Assembly: GCA_018060945.1 (NCBI GenBank) | Contig: JAGOVB010000002.1 | Coordinates: 975 to 64,974 of the forward strand | Source: Minisyncoccota bacterium | Lineage (GTDB): Bacteria; Patescibacteriota; Minisyncoccia; Phycocordibacterales; PALSA-1337 | DNA: 64,000 nucleotides | Reading direction: 5' to 3' | In this document: in pieces, positions 43,797 to 52,336 of the stretch | Layout of the letters: each line of letters begins with the position of its first letter | Numbering within the stretch: the first letter of the stretch is position 1 | The notes under the pieces: generated by a model | Told to the model about the DNA's origin: nothing | The model's input: the letters and a program-made list of their open reading frames with translations, nothing else | Database searches by the model: none | Program-made: the position numbers and the translations under genes

Positions 43797-44414
43797 CTAC
43801 CACTCACATGTATGGCTTCCAAAGTACATACTGATCATTTGATCGTATTTGGCACAGTATCCAAAGACCTTGGTCGCCGACCGGTAGCGAAACAGCTTTA
43901 GCCCTGGGTCATCCGGGTTTTCATGCTCGGTAATAATCGAGCTCACGAGCTCGGGATAGTCGGCAGGATCGACGACACTGTAGACATACTTCCAATTCTT
44001 TGCCGCGGCGCGCAGCATCGTAGGTCCGCCGATGTCGATGTTCTCGACCGCAGCCTCAAGTGTACAACCGGCCTTAGTAATGACCTGCTGGAACGGGCAG
44101 AAGTTCACTACCAGGACGCGCAGGTCCACGAAATTCAGAGCCTCAGCTGTTCCGACATGATCCGCATTATCCCGACAATAGAGGAGACTGACCTCAACCA
44201 TGGGATGCAGAGTCTTCAATCGCCCATCGAGACACTGGGGGTAGGACGTGAAATCCTCAATCGGGGTGACGCCCTCGATACCACCAGCCTGCAAGGCCAC
44301 CAAAGTACCGCCAGTTGAAATGATACTGTAGCCGTTTTGCTGAAGCCGACTGGCAAGGTCGACAATGCCAGTTTTGTCAAAGACTGAAAGAAGAGCAAAT
44401 GGTTTATACGCCAT
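43797..44414 (-). CDS. Stand-alone IMP cyclohydrolase-like protein (N-terminal MGS-like half of PurH)
   Basis: 205 aa with ALLSVFDKTGIVDLA, STGGT, DGRLKTLHP, VVNFCPF and ENIDIGGPTMLRAAAKN. No AICAR transformylase domain follows. Confidence 0.75.
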   Translation of the reverse strand: MAYKPFALLSVFDKTGIVDLASRLQQNGYSIISTGGTLVALQAGGIEGVTPIEDFTSYPQCLDGRLKTLHPMVEVSLLYCRDNADHVGTAEALNFVDLRVLVVNFCPFQQVITKAGCTLEAAVENIDIGGPTMLRAAAKNWKYVYSVVDPADYPELVSSIITEHENPDDPGLKLFRYRSATKVFGYCAKYDQMISMYFGSHTCEW

Positions 44415-44499
44415 GGTTTCTAGTATGCTGAAGTTTGCTGCAAATCTCCCCTTTTTGGGAGAAAGTTCGTGTTAAGACTACAGAATGTGCACCAAGGTG

Positions 44500-45021
44500 T
44501 CAAATATGGATTTTCCTCAGTTCTGCACGATGTTTTTTGTATTCGGGCATGGTGATTGCAACTAGATCCCAGAAATCTTGTGAATGATTGAGCTCACCGA
44601 TATGGCAAAGCTCGTGAACGATGATGTATTCTGCCAAATGTTCTGGGATGAGGGCGATTTTATAATTGAAATTTATACTCCCCGTTCTCGAACAGCTTCC
44701 CCATCGTGTCTTTTGATTACGGATACTGATATTTTTGTATGCAAAATTGTATACCTTGTTGTAGTGCTCTATTTTATTCTGCGCGAGGGCACGCGCCTTT
44801 TCTTTGTATAAAAGATAGTCTCTCTTTGTAGTTTTGATCTTTGTAGTAAACGAGCTGAAGTATTGTATCTTGTCCAAAATCCAGCTTTTCTTTTTGGTAA
44901 TAAAGTTTTCAATCAGACTGAGGTCGGTATGTTCGGGTGCAGACACAATAACATTACCTTCACAATTTACGGTGAGTCGTAGGCTACGTGAGCGTTTTGA
45001 AAACTTGAGCGTATATACCAT
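44500..45021 (-). CDS. DUF45/YgjP-type zinc metallohydrolase
   Basis: It has RWGSCS and IIVHELCHIGELNHSQDFWDLV. The start is at MVYTLKF (45021), with TGTTATACT 6 nt upstream. Confidence 0.75.
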   Translation of the reverse strand: MVYTLKFSKRSRSLRLTVNCEGNVIVSAPEHTDLSLIENFITKKKSWILDKIQYFSSFTTKIKTTKRDYLLYKEKARALAQNKIEHYNKVYNFAYKNISIRNQKTRWGSCSRTGSINFNYKIALIPEHLAEYIIVHELCHIGELNHSQDFWDLVAITMPEYKKHRAELRKIHI

Positions 45022-45039
45022 CGATCCAGTATAACAAAA

Positions 45040-45296
45040 GAACTGTCCGGGAGTGGACAGTTCGAAAAGAAAACAAAAGAGCGAGGGTGGTACACAAACT
45101 AAAGAGTCTGTGTACCGAGGAAGGATGAAAGCCGAGCTAACATCCAGAAGAAAGAAAAAGGGCCCGATCGCGGTGACAAAGTCACGTAATACATTCTGGG
45201 CACGCGTGGAGTTAGGACATGCAGTGTCCTTGGTACGTTCCCGAAGGATTGTACCATTGTGAGGGGCCACTTACTTCGATTCAATGATCCCGATCC
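45040..45296 (-). ncRNA. Candidate ~255-nt structured GC-rich RNA
   Basis: It has its own promoter (45303..45331). Hairpins on the minus strand include GGUAC-AAUCC-UUCG-GGAAC-GUACC, GGACA/UGUCC, GUGAC-UUU-GUCAC, GGAUG..CAUCC and GGUACACA/UGUGUACC. The terminal terminator is GAACUGUCC/GGACAGUUC followed by UUUUGUUAU. There is no convincing ORF. Confidence 0.4.
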
Positions 45297-45302
45297 GGAG
45301 TA

Positions 45303-45331
45303 AATATAGCATATATGGTATATAAAATCAA
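45303..45331 (-). promoter_or_regulatory. Sigma70-type promoter of the candidate RNA
   Basis: The minus strand reads TTGATT (45331..45326), a 17-nt spacer, then TATATT (45308..45303). Confidence 0.45.
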
Positions 45332-45365
45332 GTGTATTTTTGCTTGAGTATGTTACAATCATTTC

Positions 45366-46220
45366 ATGAAAAATGTTCTCATATCATTTGTGGTTTTGTT
45401 CGTTTTGACGAGTGGTGCTTTGACAAACTATAGCTATTCAAAATCAAAAGCCCTCAAAGTCAGCCAGCTCGAGCTTGCAAGCACGACAGAGGCATACAGA
45501 TCACAACTCGAACAGGCAAATCGCGAAAAAGAACTGGTGCTAGAGCAGTATGAAAATGAGCGCAGAAAAAATAACAAGTTCGAAGAAGATATCGAGCAGA
45601 TTGCTGACACTGTGGATGATCTAGAGAAACTAAAGAAATTAGATAAAGAACTTTTGCAAAAATATTCAAAGGTATATTTTCTAAACGAACACTATGTTCC
45701 AAAAACATTAGAGACTATCAGTAGTGGATACGTTCTCACTGGTAGAAACCCTCAACAGTTTCATTCAAAAGCGATGAGATACCTAGAAAACATGTTTGAT
45801 GCAGCCAAAAAAGACGGTATCGAGCTTCGTGTTGTCTCTTCATATCGTTCTTTTGCAACACAAGCCATTGTCAAAGCAAATCATAAAATGCTATACGGTA
45901 CTGGTGCGAATCAGTTTTCAGCTGATCAGGGATACTCTGAGCACCAGCTTGGCACGACGATGGATTTGACTACAGCAAAGCTAGGCGCAAATTTTGAGAC
46001 AATAAATAAAGACCCCGCATATACATGGCTCACTGAAAATGCATACAAATATGGTTTCGTACTTTCATACCCAAAGAGTAATGCATATTACATCTTTGAA
46101 CCATGGCACTGGAGATTTGTCGGGACTGACCTCGCTGCTGACCTACGCCGACAAGGAAAATTCTTTTATGACCTAGAGCAACGAGACATCGACGGATACC
46201 TCCTCCACATCTTTGACTAG
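45366..46220 (+). CDS. M15-family D-alanyl-D-alanine carboxypeptidase (VanY-like)
   Basis: 284 aa with a signal/TM segment and a coiled coil. Motifs are SYRSFATQ, HQLGTTMDL and EPWHWRFVG. Confidence 0.8.
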   Translation: MKNVLISFVVLFVLTSGALTNYSYSKSKALKVSQLELASTTEAYRSQLEQANREKELVLEQYENERRKNNKFEEDIEQIADTVDDLEKLKKLDKELLQKYSKVYFLNEHYVPKTLETISSGYVLTGRNPQQFHSKAMRYLENMFDAAKKDGIELRVVSSYRSFATQAIVKANHKMLYGTGANQFSADQGYSEHQLGTTMDLTTAKLGANFETINKDPAYTWLTENAYKYGFVLSYPKSNAYYIFEPWHWRFVGTDLAADLRRQGKFFYDLEQRDIDGYLLHIFD

Positions 46221-46864
46221 CGCCAATCAATCGGTTTTGCTAAATGCGTATTTGCCTTACTAAAGGGTTTCGAACCAAAGAAACCGTCATATGCAGAAAA
46301 AGGCGAAGGGTGTGGTGACTCTATTACAAAATGTTTTGTACGATCTATGATACTTCCCTTTTTCTTTGCATAGTTCCCCCACAGGATAAAAACAATGCCT
46401 TTTCTTTTTTCTGAAAGGGTACGGATTGCCGCATCAGTAAACTCTTCCCAACCTTTTTTCTGATGAGAACCCGGACTATTCGCACGGACCGTGAGCGTCG
46501 CATTGAGCAATAGTACTCCCTGTTTTGCCCAACGGGATAGATCACCATCAGGATATGGCTCATAACCCATGTCTTCTTTTATTTCTTTAAAAATATTTTT
46601 GAGTGACGGAGGTAGTATGATACCAGAGTGCACAGCAAAAGAAAGTCCATTTGCCTGCTTTGGCCCATGATATGGATCCTGCCCGAGGATGACCACCTTC
46701 ACAGTATCAAAAGGACACATATCAAACGCGCGGAAAATGTCTTTCGGGTGAGGAAAGACATTTTCTGTAGCATATTCTTTTTTGACAAAGGCGCTTAAAT
46801 CTTTGAAATATTCTTTTTCTTCTTCTATCTCTAGCATAGGTCGCCACGATGCTTCAACCTTCAT
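46217..46864 (-). CDS. ung: Uracil-DNA glycosylase (family 1)
   Basis: It has VKVVILGQDPYHGPKQANGLSFAV and HPSPFSA. The start ATG 46864 overlaps the upstream stop codon (TAATG). Confidence 0.9.
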   Translation of the reverse strand: MKVEASWRPMLEIEEEKEYFKDLSAFVKKEYATENVFPHPKDIFRAFDMCPFDTVKVVILGQDPYHGPKQANGLSFAVHSGIILPPSLKNIFKEIKEDMGYEPYPDGDLSRWAKQGVLLLNATLTVRANSPGSHQKKGWEEFTDAAIRTLSEKRKGIVFILWGNYAKKKGSIIDRTKHFVIESPHPSPFSAYDGFFGSKPFSKANTHLAKPIDWR

Positions 46865-47076
46865 TACATTGCTGTTTGAGAACCGACGCAATCTTTGCAT
46901 GACTTCTTGTGAGTGACCACAAGGAAGATTGCTGACAGACCGACGAGAGTGTACACGATTCGAGCCAACACAGTGCCCAAAACCATACCTACCCCCCAAT
47001 TAAATACTCCGATAAGGAGCCAGTTCAATCCCCCTATCACAAGCAAAACGAAAGCTATTTTATGTAGTGTTTTCAT
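46864..47076 (-). CDS. DUF378 small membrane protein
   Basis: 70 aa with IAFVLLVIGGLNWLLIG and IVYTLVGLSAI. Confidence 0.65.
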   Translation of the reverse strand: MKTLHKIAFVLLVIGGLNWLLIGVFNWGVGMVLGTVLARIVYTLVGLSAIFLVVTHKKSCKDCVGSQTAM

Positions 47077-47107
47077 ATAAAAATATAATTATGTTTCGAC
47101 CTTATAC

Positions 47108-48217
47108 CTAAATTATACCATGGTGATGATGGTGATTTTCTTGTGAATGTTTTGGATTTGCACGCACCATAAAGACAGATATGAGCGTTGTTATTGGTAC
47201 CGCAAGTACAAGGCCGATAGATCCGACAAGCGTACGCACAATCTCAGCAGAAAATATTTCTTTGTTTATAACAACAAGCGGATCAAGTGTTGAAGTTGAA
47301 AAAAGCAGTAATAGTGGCAGCGAGACTCCAACATACGCTATCGCCAATGTGTTTATAAGTGCACCGATATGCTCGCGCCCCATGCGCAGTACTCGGGCAT
47401 AGACATATCGCTTACTAGCTTTTGGGTTTATTGTATAGAGTTCTTCTACTGATATAGCCTGACCGATAGCCACATCATAGAGCACACCGAGGAGACCGAT
47501 CATGATTCCACCGAGTAGTAGTCCTGTAAAATCTATTTTTCCAGAAGTCGCTTGGTTTAAATAAACTGACTCGTCACTTTCAAATCCAGTCAGCTGCGTA
47601 ACATCCACCATCACTGTAGCCAGTGCACCAGTAAAGATAACGGTCACAATCATACTGATCACAGCTGCAGAAGTGGTGCGATTGAAACCGTGTGTGATGT
47701 ACGAACCCACAATGATGATGAGTGAGGAAACACCTGTGGTGAGAAGGATAGGTGAAAAACCTTTTAATATTCCAGGCAAAAGAACATACCCAATGAGCAC
47801 AAGACTGCCCAGTAAACTGACTATTCCGCGCACTCCCTGCATTCCACCAAATATGATAACCAAAATCAAAAAGGCGACTGTCAGATATATGAGTATGTCG
47901 ATACGGTACGGATCTCGAACTGAATACAGTTCTTTCCCATCCTCACTTCGTACTACTTGTAATATATATGCAGTATCGCCTTTTTGAAGCTGTACATAAT
48001 CATTCTCAATCAAGACACTCTTTCCTTTCATATCGCCATTTAAAAACTGTACTTCTATAGTTTGGTGAGGTGTTGTCATCCCAAGACCAGGGAGTGTACG
48101 AATCTCTGAGGAAACTACTTCAGTAACAACGGCTTTGTATGTGCGTTCTGCATCGCTTGCATGTCCAAGAAATGGAACTGCCAGGAAAAAGAGGACGAAA
48201 ATGTATTTCATGAGCAC
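47108..48217 (-). CDS. YibE/F-like membrane protein with a C-terminal His-rich tail
   Basis: 369 aa with a signal peptide, an N-terminal beta domain and about 7 TM helices. It ends in ENHHHHHGII. Confidence 0.6.
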   Translation of the reverse strand: MLMKYIFVLFFLAVPFLGHASDAERTYKAVVTEVVSSEIRTLPGLGMTTPHQTIEVQFLNGDMKGKSVLIENDYVQLQKGDTAYILQVVRSEDGKELYSVRDPYRIDILIYLTVAFLILVIIFGGMQGVRGIVSLLGSLVLIGYVLLPGILKGFSPILLTTGVSSLIIIVGSYITHGFNRTTSAAVISMIVTVIFTGALATVMVDVTQLTGFESDESVYLNQATSGKIDFTGLLLGGIMIGLLGVLYDVAIGQAISVEELYTINPKASKRYVYARVLRMGREHIGALINTLAIAYVGVSLPLLLLFSTSTLDPLVVINKEIFSAEIVRTLVGSIGLVLAVPITTLISVFMVRANPKHSQENHHHHHGII

Positions 48218-48228
48218 ATTATAGCAAA

Positions 48229-48681
48229 CTATCGTACTGCTTCGATTGTTGTCTCTATTTCTCCTACTGCAGCTACGGTTATACGACTTGTCGAGGCATT
48301 ACGAGAGACTGTGTATGCAGTATTGTAGTCCGTAGCACTTACATAACGAGCATTTGGATCACTCGGATCTATCGGCAACGCTGAAATATATGTAGGAACC
48401 AAACAATCCAATATGTCTGCATTAGCGCTACTGATGGGCTCGGCAGTATTTGCGATCTGATAATCACATGTAAATACTCCTTTATGCTCGGACATATTCT
48501 GAGATATCGCATTTGCTATTGCTGAGACATTTGCGAGTCGTTGTGTATCGCGAGCCAGTTTGAACTGGCGAGTAGGGTTTACCGCAACCAGTACTGCCGC
48601 AGACAGTACAGCAATGATACCGATCACGATCAACACTTCTAATAATGTAAATCCTCTTTTCAATGAATATGTATATTTCAT
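48229..48681 (-). CDS. Type IV pilin-like protein
   Basis: It has the prepilin N-terminus KRGFTLLEVLIVIGIIAVL. Confidence 0.75.
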   Translation of the reverse strand: MKYTYSLKRGFTLLEVLIVIGIIAVLSAAVLVAVNPTRQFKLARDTQRLANVSAIANAISQNMSEHKGVFTCDYQIANTAEPISSANADILDCLVPTYISALPIDPSDPNARYVSATDYNTAYTVSRNASTSRITVAAVGEIETTIEAVR

Positions 48682-48753
48682 TTATTTTTATTATCTAATA
48701 ATGAATACAGTATAGAAAAATGAAATGAAATCCTTATGAATTTTTAATAAAAT

Positions 48754-49146
48754 CTAAATAAAATTTTTACTCTTTTTGTACCAAAAACGGCCTGTTGTCG
48801 TCACCACCACTAACATATCCCCAGTTTTTCCATAACAAGTGATATTTTCTTTCCTCCAAATAAAATCTTCTGGCACTACTCCTGAGATATATAGCTGATA
48901 CGCATACTCCAGGCAACGGTTTGCTGCATCTTCTAAACGCGACAACTCACTCTTGTAGAATTGTTGGTCTATATATACAAAAAGCCACTGCGCTTGTAGT
49001 GCGATGACTGTAGAAAGGACCAGGCATGCCCATACTCCGATAGTAATAGCTATGAACCCTCTATTCTTTGTATATTTCCTTGATATGATCGATGGTTTTG
49101 TGTGCATGTGTATGTATGTCGATAACGATAGGGATACTGATCCCAC
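48754..49146 (-). CDS. Hypothetical membrane protein (possible minor pilin)
   Basis: It has NRGFIAITIGVWACLVL but no Glu at +5. The start may be at 49107. Confidence 0.3.
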   Translation of the reverse strand: MGSVSLSLSTYIHMHTKPSIISRKYTKNRGFIAITIGVWACLVLSTVIALQAQWLFVYIDQQFYKSELSRLEDAANRCLEYAYQLYISGVVPEDFIWRKENITCYGKTGDMLVVVTTTGRFWYKKSKNFI

Positions 49147-49181
49147 TTAATATGCTCAATAATGAAATGTATAAAAGTAAT

Positions 49182-50225
49182 TCAATTAGCATAAGTAAAA
49201 TGTATTGTGGCAAAGCCACTTTTAAGACCGACTAGTAATGTATCTTTGTCACAGGAAAGTGAGATCGAATCACCATTGAGTGGGATCGTATACATATAAG
49301 TAAATGGTTTCTTCCAAACTTGTACGCCTTTTGTGGCTACAAATAGTAGATCCCCAGAGCTCACCAGTCCATAGACACCTGTTCCGATATCTACAGAGGT
49401 ACTCCCTAACAAAAACAGTTCGTGATTGCTTTTGTTATTGAATCCCCCGACCGTTCTCCCAAAATATATTTCTGTTCCCGAAGCAGCGAGTGCCTTGCCC
49501 TGCTGTGTTTCCCAACCACTCGGTGAGAACGTACCCTTCCCCAGTATATGTAGCTGATTCACATCTGAAGCTGCAACATATATTTTGTCGGTGACATATA
49601 TATCGTTTATCTGTGAGTTTGTCTCATACATATTTTGAAGTGAGAGATTTTCATTGAGCACGGCGAACTCTGGCCCCGAAGATTTTTCCACTCCAATATA
49701 TATTTTGTTTTGGTCAAAGAGTATCACATTGCCAGTGCTCGCAAAAGCGTATGCAGCTATTACTTTTGGAGAAAGTATATTTGAAATATCGATTTTCTGT
49801 ACTTGTGAAAGTGAACTGGTATTTGCTGCATACACAAAACCTTTTGTGACAGCAATGTCGCGTAGCCCTGGACCAGTAGGGAGTGCGGCCTCGACGGCAC
49901 CATTTTTGAAAATATACAGATCTGGATCTGACTGCATATTTGAATCTGCTGTGACGAAAACATACCCACTCCTCCCCACTACCGAAGTCACGAATGGCAG
50001 TGTGACATACTCGATCGAAGAAACTGTGTAATGACTATTAAGAAAGCATGTATCGTACCCTCTATATCTATCAGAAAAAACAGGTTCAACAATCGCAGGT
50101 AAAATAGTCTTTTTTGATAATACTTGATTTGTATAAGCGTCAAACTCAAAGGCGGTCACCGTCATGGTGGTGACAATGAGGAGCGCCAGTAATGCCTCGA
50201 TGATGGAAAATCCTCTAGCGTACAT
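49182..50225 (-). CDS. Pseudopilin-like protein: prepilin N-terminus fused to an LVIVD-repeat beta-propeller-like domain
   Basis: It starts MYARGFSIIEALLALLIV (G/F cleavage motif with Glu at +5). Repeats of the type GFVYAANTSSLSQVQKIDISNILSPKVIAAY follow. Confidence 0.55.
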   Translation of the reverse strand: MYARGFSIIEALLALLIVTTMTVTAFEFDAYTNQVLSKKTILPAIVEPVFSDRYRGYDTCFLNSHYTVSSIEYVTLPFVTSVVGRSGYVFVTADSNMQSDPDLYIFKNGAVEAALPTGPGLRDIAVTKGFVYAANTSSLSQVQKIDISNILSPKVIAAYAFASTGNVILFDQNKIYIGVEKSSGPEFAVLNENLSLQNMYETNSQINDIYVTDKIYVAASDVNQLHILGKGTFSPSGWETQQGKALAASGTEIYFGRTVGGFNNKSNHELFLLGSTSVDIGTGVYGLVSSGDLLFVATKGVQVWKKPFTYMYTIPLNGDSISLSCDKDTLLVGLKSGFATIHFTYAN

Positions 50226-51159
50226 GTTGAGTAATAGAATACAGGGGAGTAATCATCGACAGAGCAATAAAGCAAACTGCAAAGCCCATACACAGCATCG
50301 ATACTGGCTCTACGGCCGACGTGATACTTTTGGTATAACTAGAAAATTTCTGTTCATACATTTCTCCAATCTTTTTGCACATATTACCCAACCTCCCAGA
50401 ATTTTCTCCAACTAAAAGCATTGAGTGTATTTCTTTTGGAAACATACTCTGCTGCTCAATGATGTATGAGAATGATATCCCCTGCCGAACTGATGTAGCG
50501 ATATGTATCAGTATTTCTTTTATATATTTTGAATCTTCCATATAAGCGCACTCAGTACTTGCTTCGTCCAGCCCTATCCCTGAATCTAGATATGAACCGA
50601 TCCGAGAAAAATACTGAGAGATCTTTTGAGTCATATACCATTTTTTAAGCACGGGTAATTTGAATAAAAGAAATTCTCTCTTCCAAAACGAAAGAGTTGT
50701 AGCAAGACCAAACAAGATAGCATACAACCACCACCAACGAGCAAAACTATCACTTACAAACAACACTGTCCTCGTCGTAAACGGTAATGTCGATTTCATA
50801 CCGATAAAGAGCGGCATCATTTTAGGAAAGATGTACGCCACCAAGAAAATGACAATGCAAATCGTAACCAAAAACAAAACACATGGGTAGAGTAAGGTCA
50901 GTAATATTTTGTTTTTAATCTCTTTTTCTTTGCGCAGTACAAGAGCGATATCGCCACAGGCCTCATGAAGCGTGGCCGTCTTTTCACCTTGGATAATACG
51001 CGAGACGATAAACGCTGCGATATTTTTCTCTTTAAGGATTGATGATAGTGTCTTCCCCTTTTTAAATTCATCGAGTACGTCATGTTGTTTGAGAATGATT
51101 AAAGAATCGATAACGGTGATTTGAGCTGACAAAAGATACGCCAATTGTTCATATATCAT
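50215..51159 (-). CDS. pilC: Type II secretion system F-family platform protein (PilC-like)
   Basis: About 314 aa with two T2SSF-like halves and 3 TM helices. The start is placed at MIYEQLAY, which gives an 11-nt overlap with pilB. Confidence 0.75.
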   Translation of the reverse strand: MIYEQLAYLLSAQITVIDSLIILKQHDVLDEFKKGKTLSSILKEKNIAAFIVSRIIQGEKTATLHEACGDIALVLRKEKEIKNKILLTLLYPCVLFLVTICIVIFLVAYIFPKMMPLFIGMKSTLPFTTRTVLFVSDSFARWWWLYAILFGLATTLSFWKREFLLFKLPVLKKWYMTQKISQYFSRIGSYLDSGIGLDEASTECAYMEDSKYIKEILIHIATSVRQGISFSYIIEQQSMFPKEIHSMLLVGENSGRLGNMCKKIGEMYEQKFSSYTKSITSAVEPVSMLCMGFAVCFIALSMITPLYSITQHVR

Positions 51160-52147
51160 TTCCTTTGCCCAAGACACGTTCGATCTCTGTATATGTTGTC
51201 TCACCCTGACTAACCAGATCTTTTGCATATTCATACATTTTTCGATAATTATGTTTGTGTTTTATCTCATATATTGCCTTTCGACCTTTATACCCGCGCT
51301 CATCACATTCATCACATCCGTCACCTGCGCACTGCTTACAAACCAAACGGATCAAACGCTGTGCGATGGCTACCAGTGATATGTCTTGCATCACGAACTC
51401 TGGGATACCCATATCGATGAGGCGCATTTTGACCGCCTCTGCTGAATCGGTATGGATTGTAGAGAGCACCACATGGCCTGTAAGTGCTGCATTTACCGCC
51501 ACACTTGCGGTCTCGGCGTCGCGGATTTCACCGATCATGATCACATCTGGATCCTGACGCAAAATAGCGCGTAACCCAGAAGCAAACGTAATATGATGCG
51601 TCTTAGCTTGGACCTGTCGCACACCTTTGAGGGTATACTCGACGGGATCCTCTATCGTCACCACTATCTTTCTTTGCTTAATGAAATATGAAAGTAATGT
51701 ATAGAGCGTAGTTGTTTTCCCAGAGCCTGTCGGTCCAGAAACAAGGATGATGCCTTTGTCTTTTTTCAAAACATTCTCGATGACTGATAACTGCTCTGCC
51801 TGCATGCCCAAGTCTGCCAGAGAAAACTCTGTATTCTTTTTTTCTAATATTCTAAATACAGCATTTTCTCCATATATAGTGGGTATGATCGATACTCGTA
51901 TGTCGATGCCTCCATAGCTCCAACGTCCATCTTGTGGTTTGAAGCGCTCGTCGACACGCATACCTGCAAGGATTTTGATTCGAGCAATGAGCTCGCTATG
52001 CAATGCCTTGGCTATTTTTTCGATATCATAAATCACTCCATCGATACGGTAACGGACAACAATAAAATCTAAATCAGGGTCGATATGGATGTCCGAAGCA
52101 CGATGTTTGTATGCGTTGGTGATGATGTAATCGATATAGTCAGGCAT
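51149..52147 (-). CDS. pilB: GspE/PilB-family secretion ATPase (ATPase core only)
   Basis: 332 aa with Walker A SGPTGSGKTTTLY, the Asp box, Walker B IMIGEIRD and the tetracysteine motif CKQC..C..C. Confidence 0.85.
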   Translation of the reverse strand: MPDYIDYIITNAYKHRASDIHIDPDLDFIVVRYRIDGVIYDIEKIAKALHSELIARIKILAGMRVDERFKPQDGRWSYGGIDIRVSIIPTIYGENAVFRILEKKNTEFSLADLGMQAEQLSVIENVLKKDKGIILVSGPTGSGKTTTLYTLLSYFIKQRKIVVTIEDPVEYTLKGVRQVQAKTHHITFASGLRAILRQDPDVIMIGEIRDAETASVAVNAALTGHVVLSTIHTDSAEAVKMRLIDMGIPEFVMQDISLVAIAQRLIRLVCKQCAGDGCDECDERGYKGRKAIYEIKHKHNYRKMYEYAKDLVSQGETTYTEIERVLGKGNDI

Positions 52148-52336
52148 GCATACAGTATAGAAAGTGGAAATGAAATCCGTATGAAGAAAAAATGAAATAA
52201 AAATGAAATTTCATCCACCTCTGTCGACTTATCCACAGGTATTGCGCATTTTCTATAAAGTTGTATGATTTTTTGGTACCTGGCTTTCAGTCAGGCATGC
52301 TCTCTCTCAACAAAAACTGTTAGTATACTTGCCCGT

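Noticed and set aside
45053-45262. Plus-strand basic 45-69 aa ORF (MKAELTSRRKKKGP...) as a small ribosomal-like protein
   Set aside because: There is no codon-position bias. The GAGGAAGG box abuts the ATG. There is no match to any small ribosomal protein I know. The hairpin geometry favours a minus-strand RNA. It is kept only as an alternative in the finding.
44500-45270. N-terminal extensions of track ORFs (44500..45270, 46217..46999, 29517..29978, 16770..17183, 23762..25357, 39794..40510, 52265..53095, 21632..22258)
   Set aside because: The extensions run through promoters, terminators or neighbouring genes and have non-protein-like sequence. Internal start codons match homolog N-termini and the -10-N6-ATG geometry.
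45040-45296. ZTP (pfl) or purine riboswitch controlling the downstream PurH-half gene
   Set aside because: I could not find the conserved ZTP or purine aptamer cores as I remember them, although I cannot run a covariance model. The downstream DUF45 gene has its own -10 box 6 nt before its ATG, after the terminator, so this region is not its 5' UTR.
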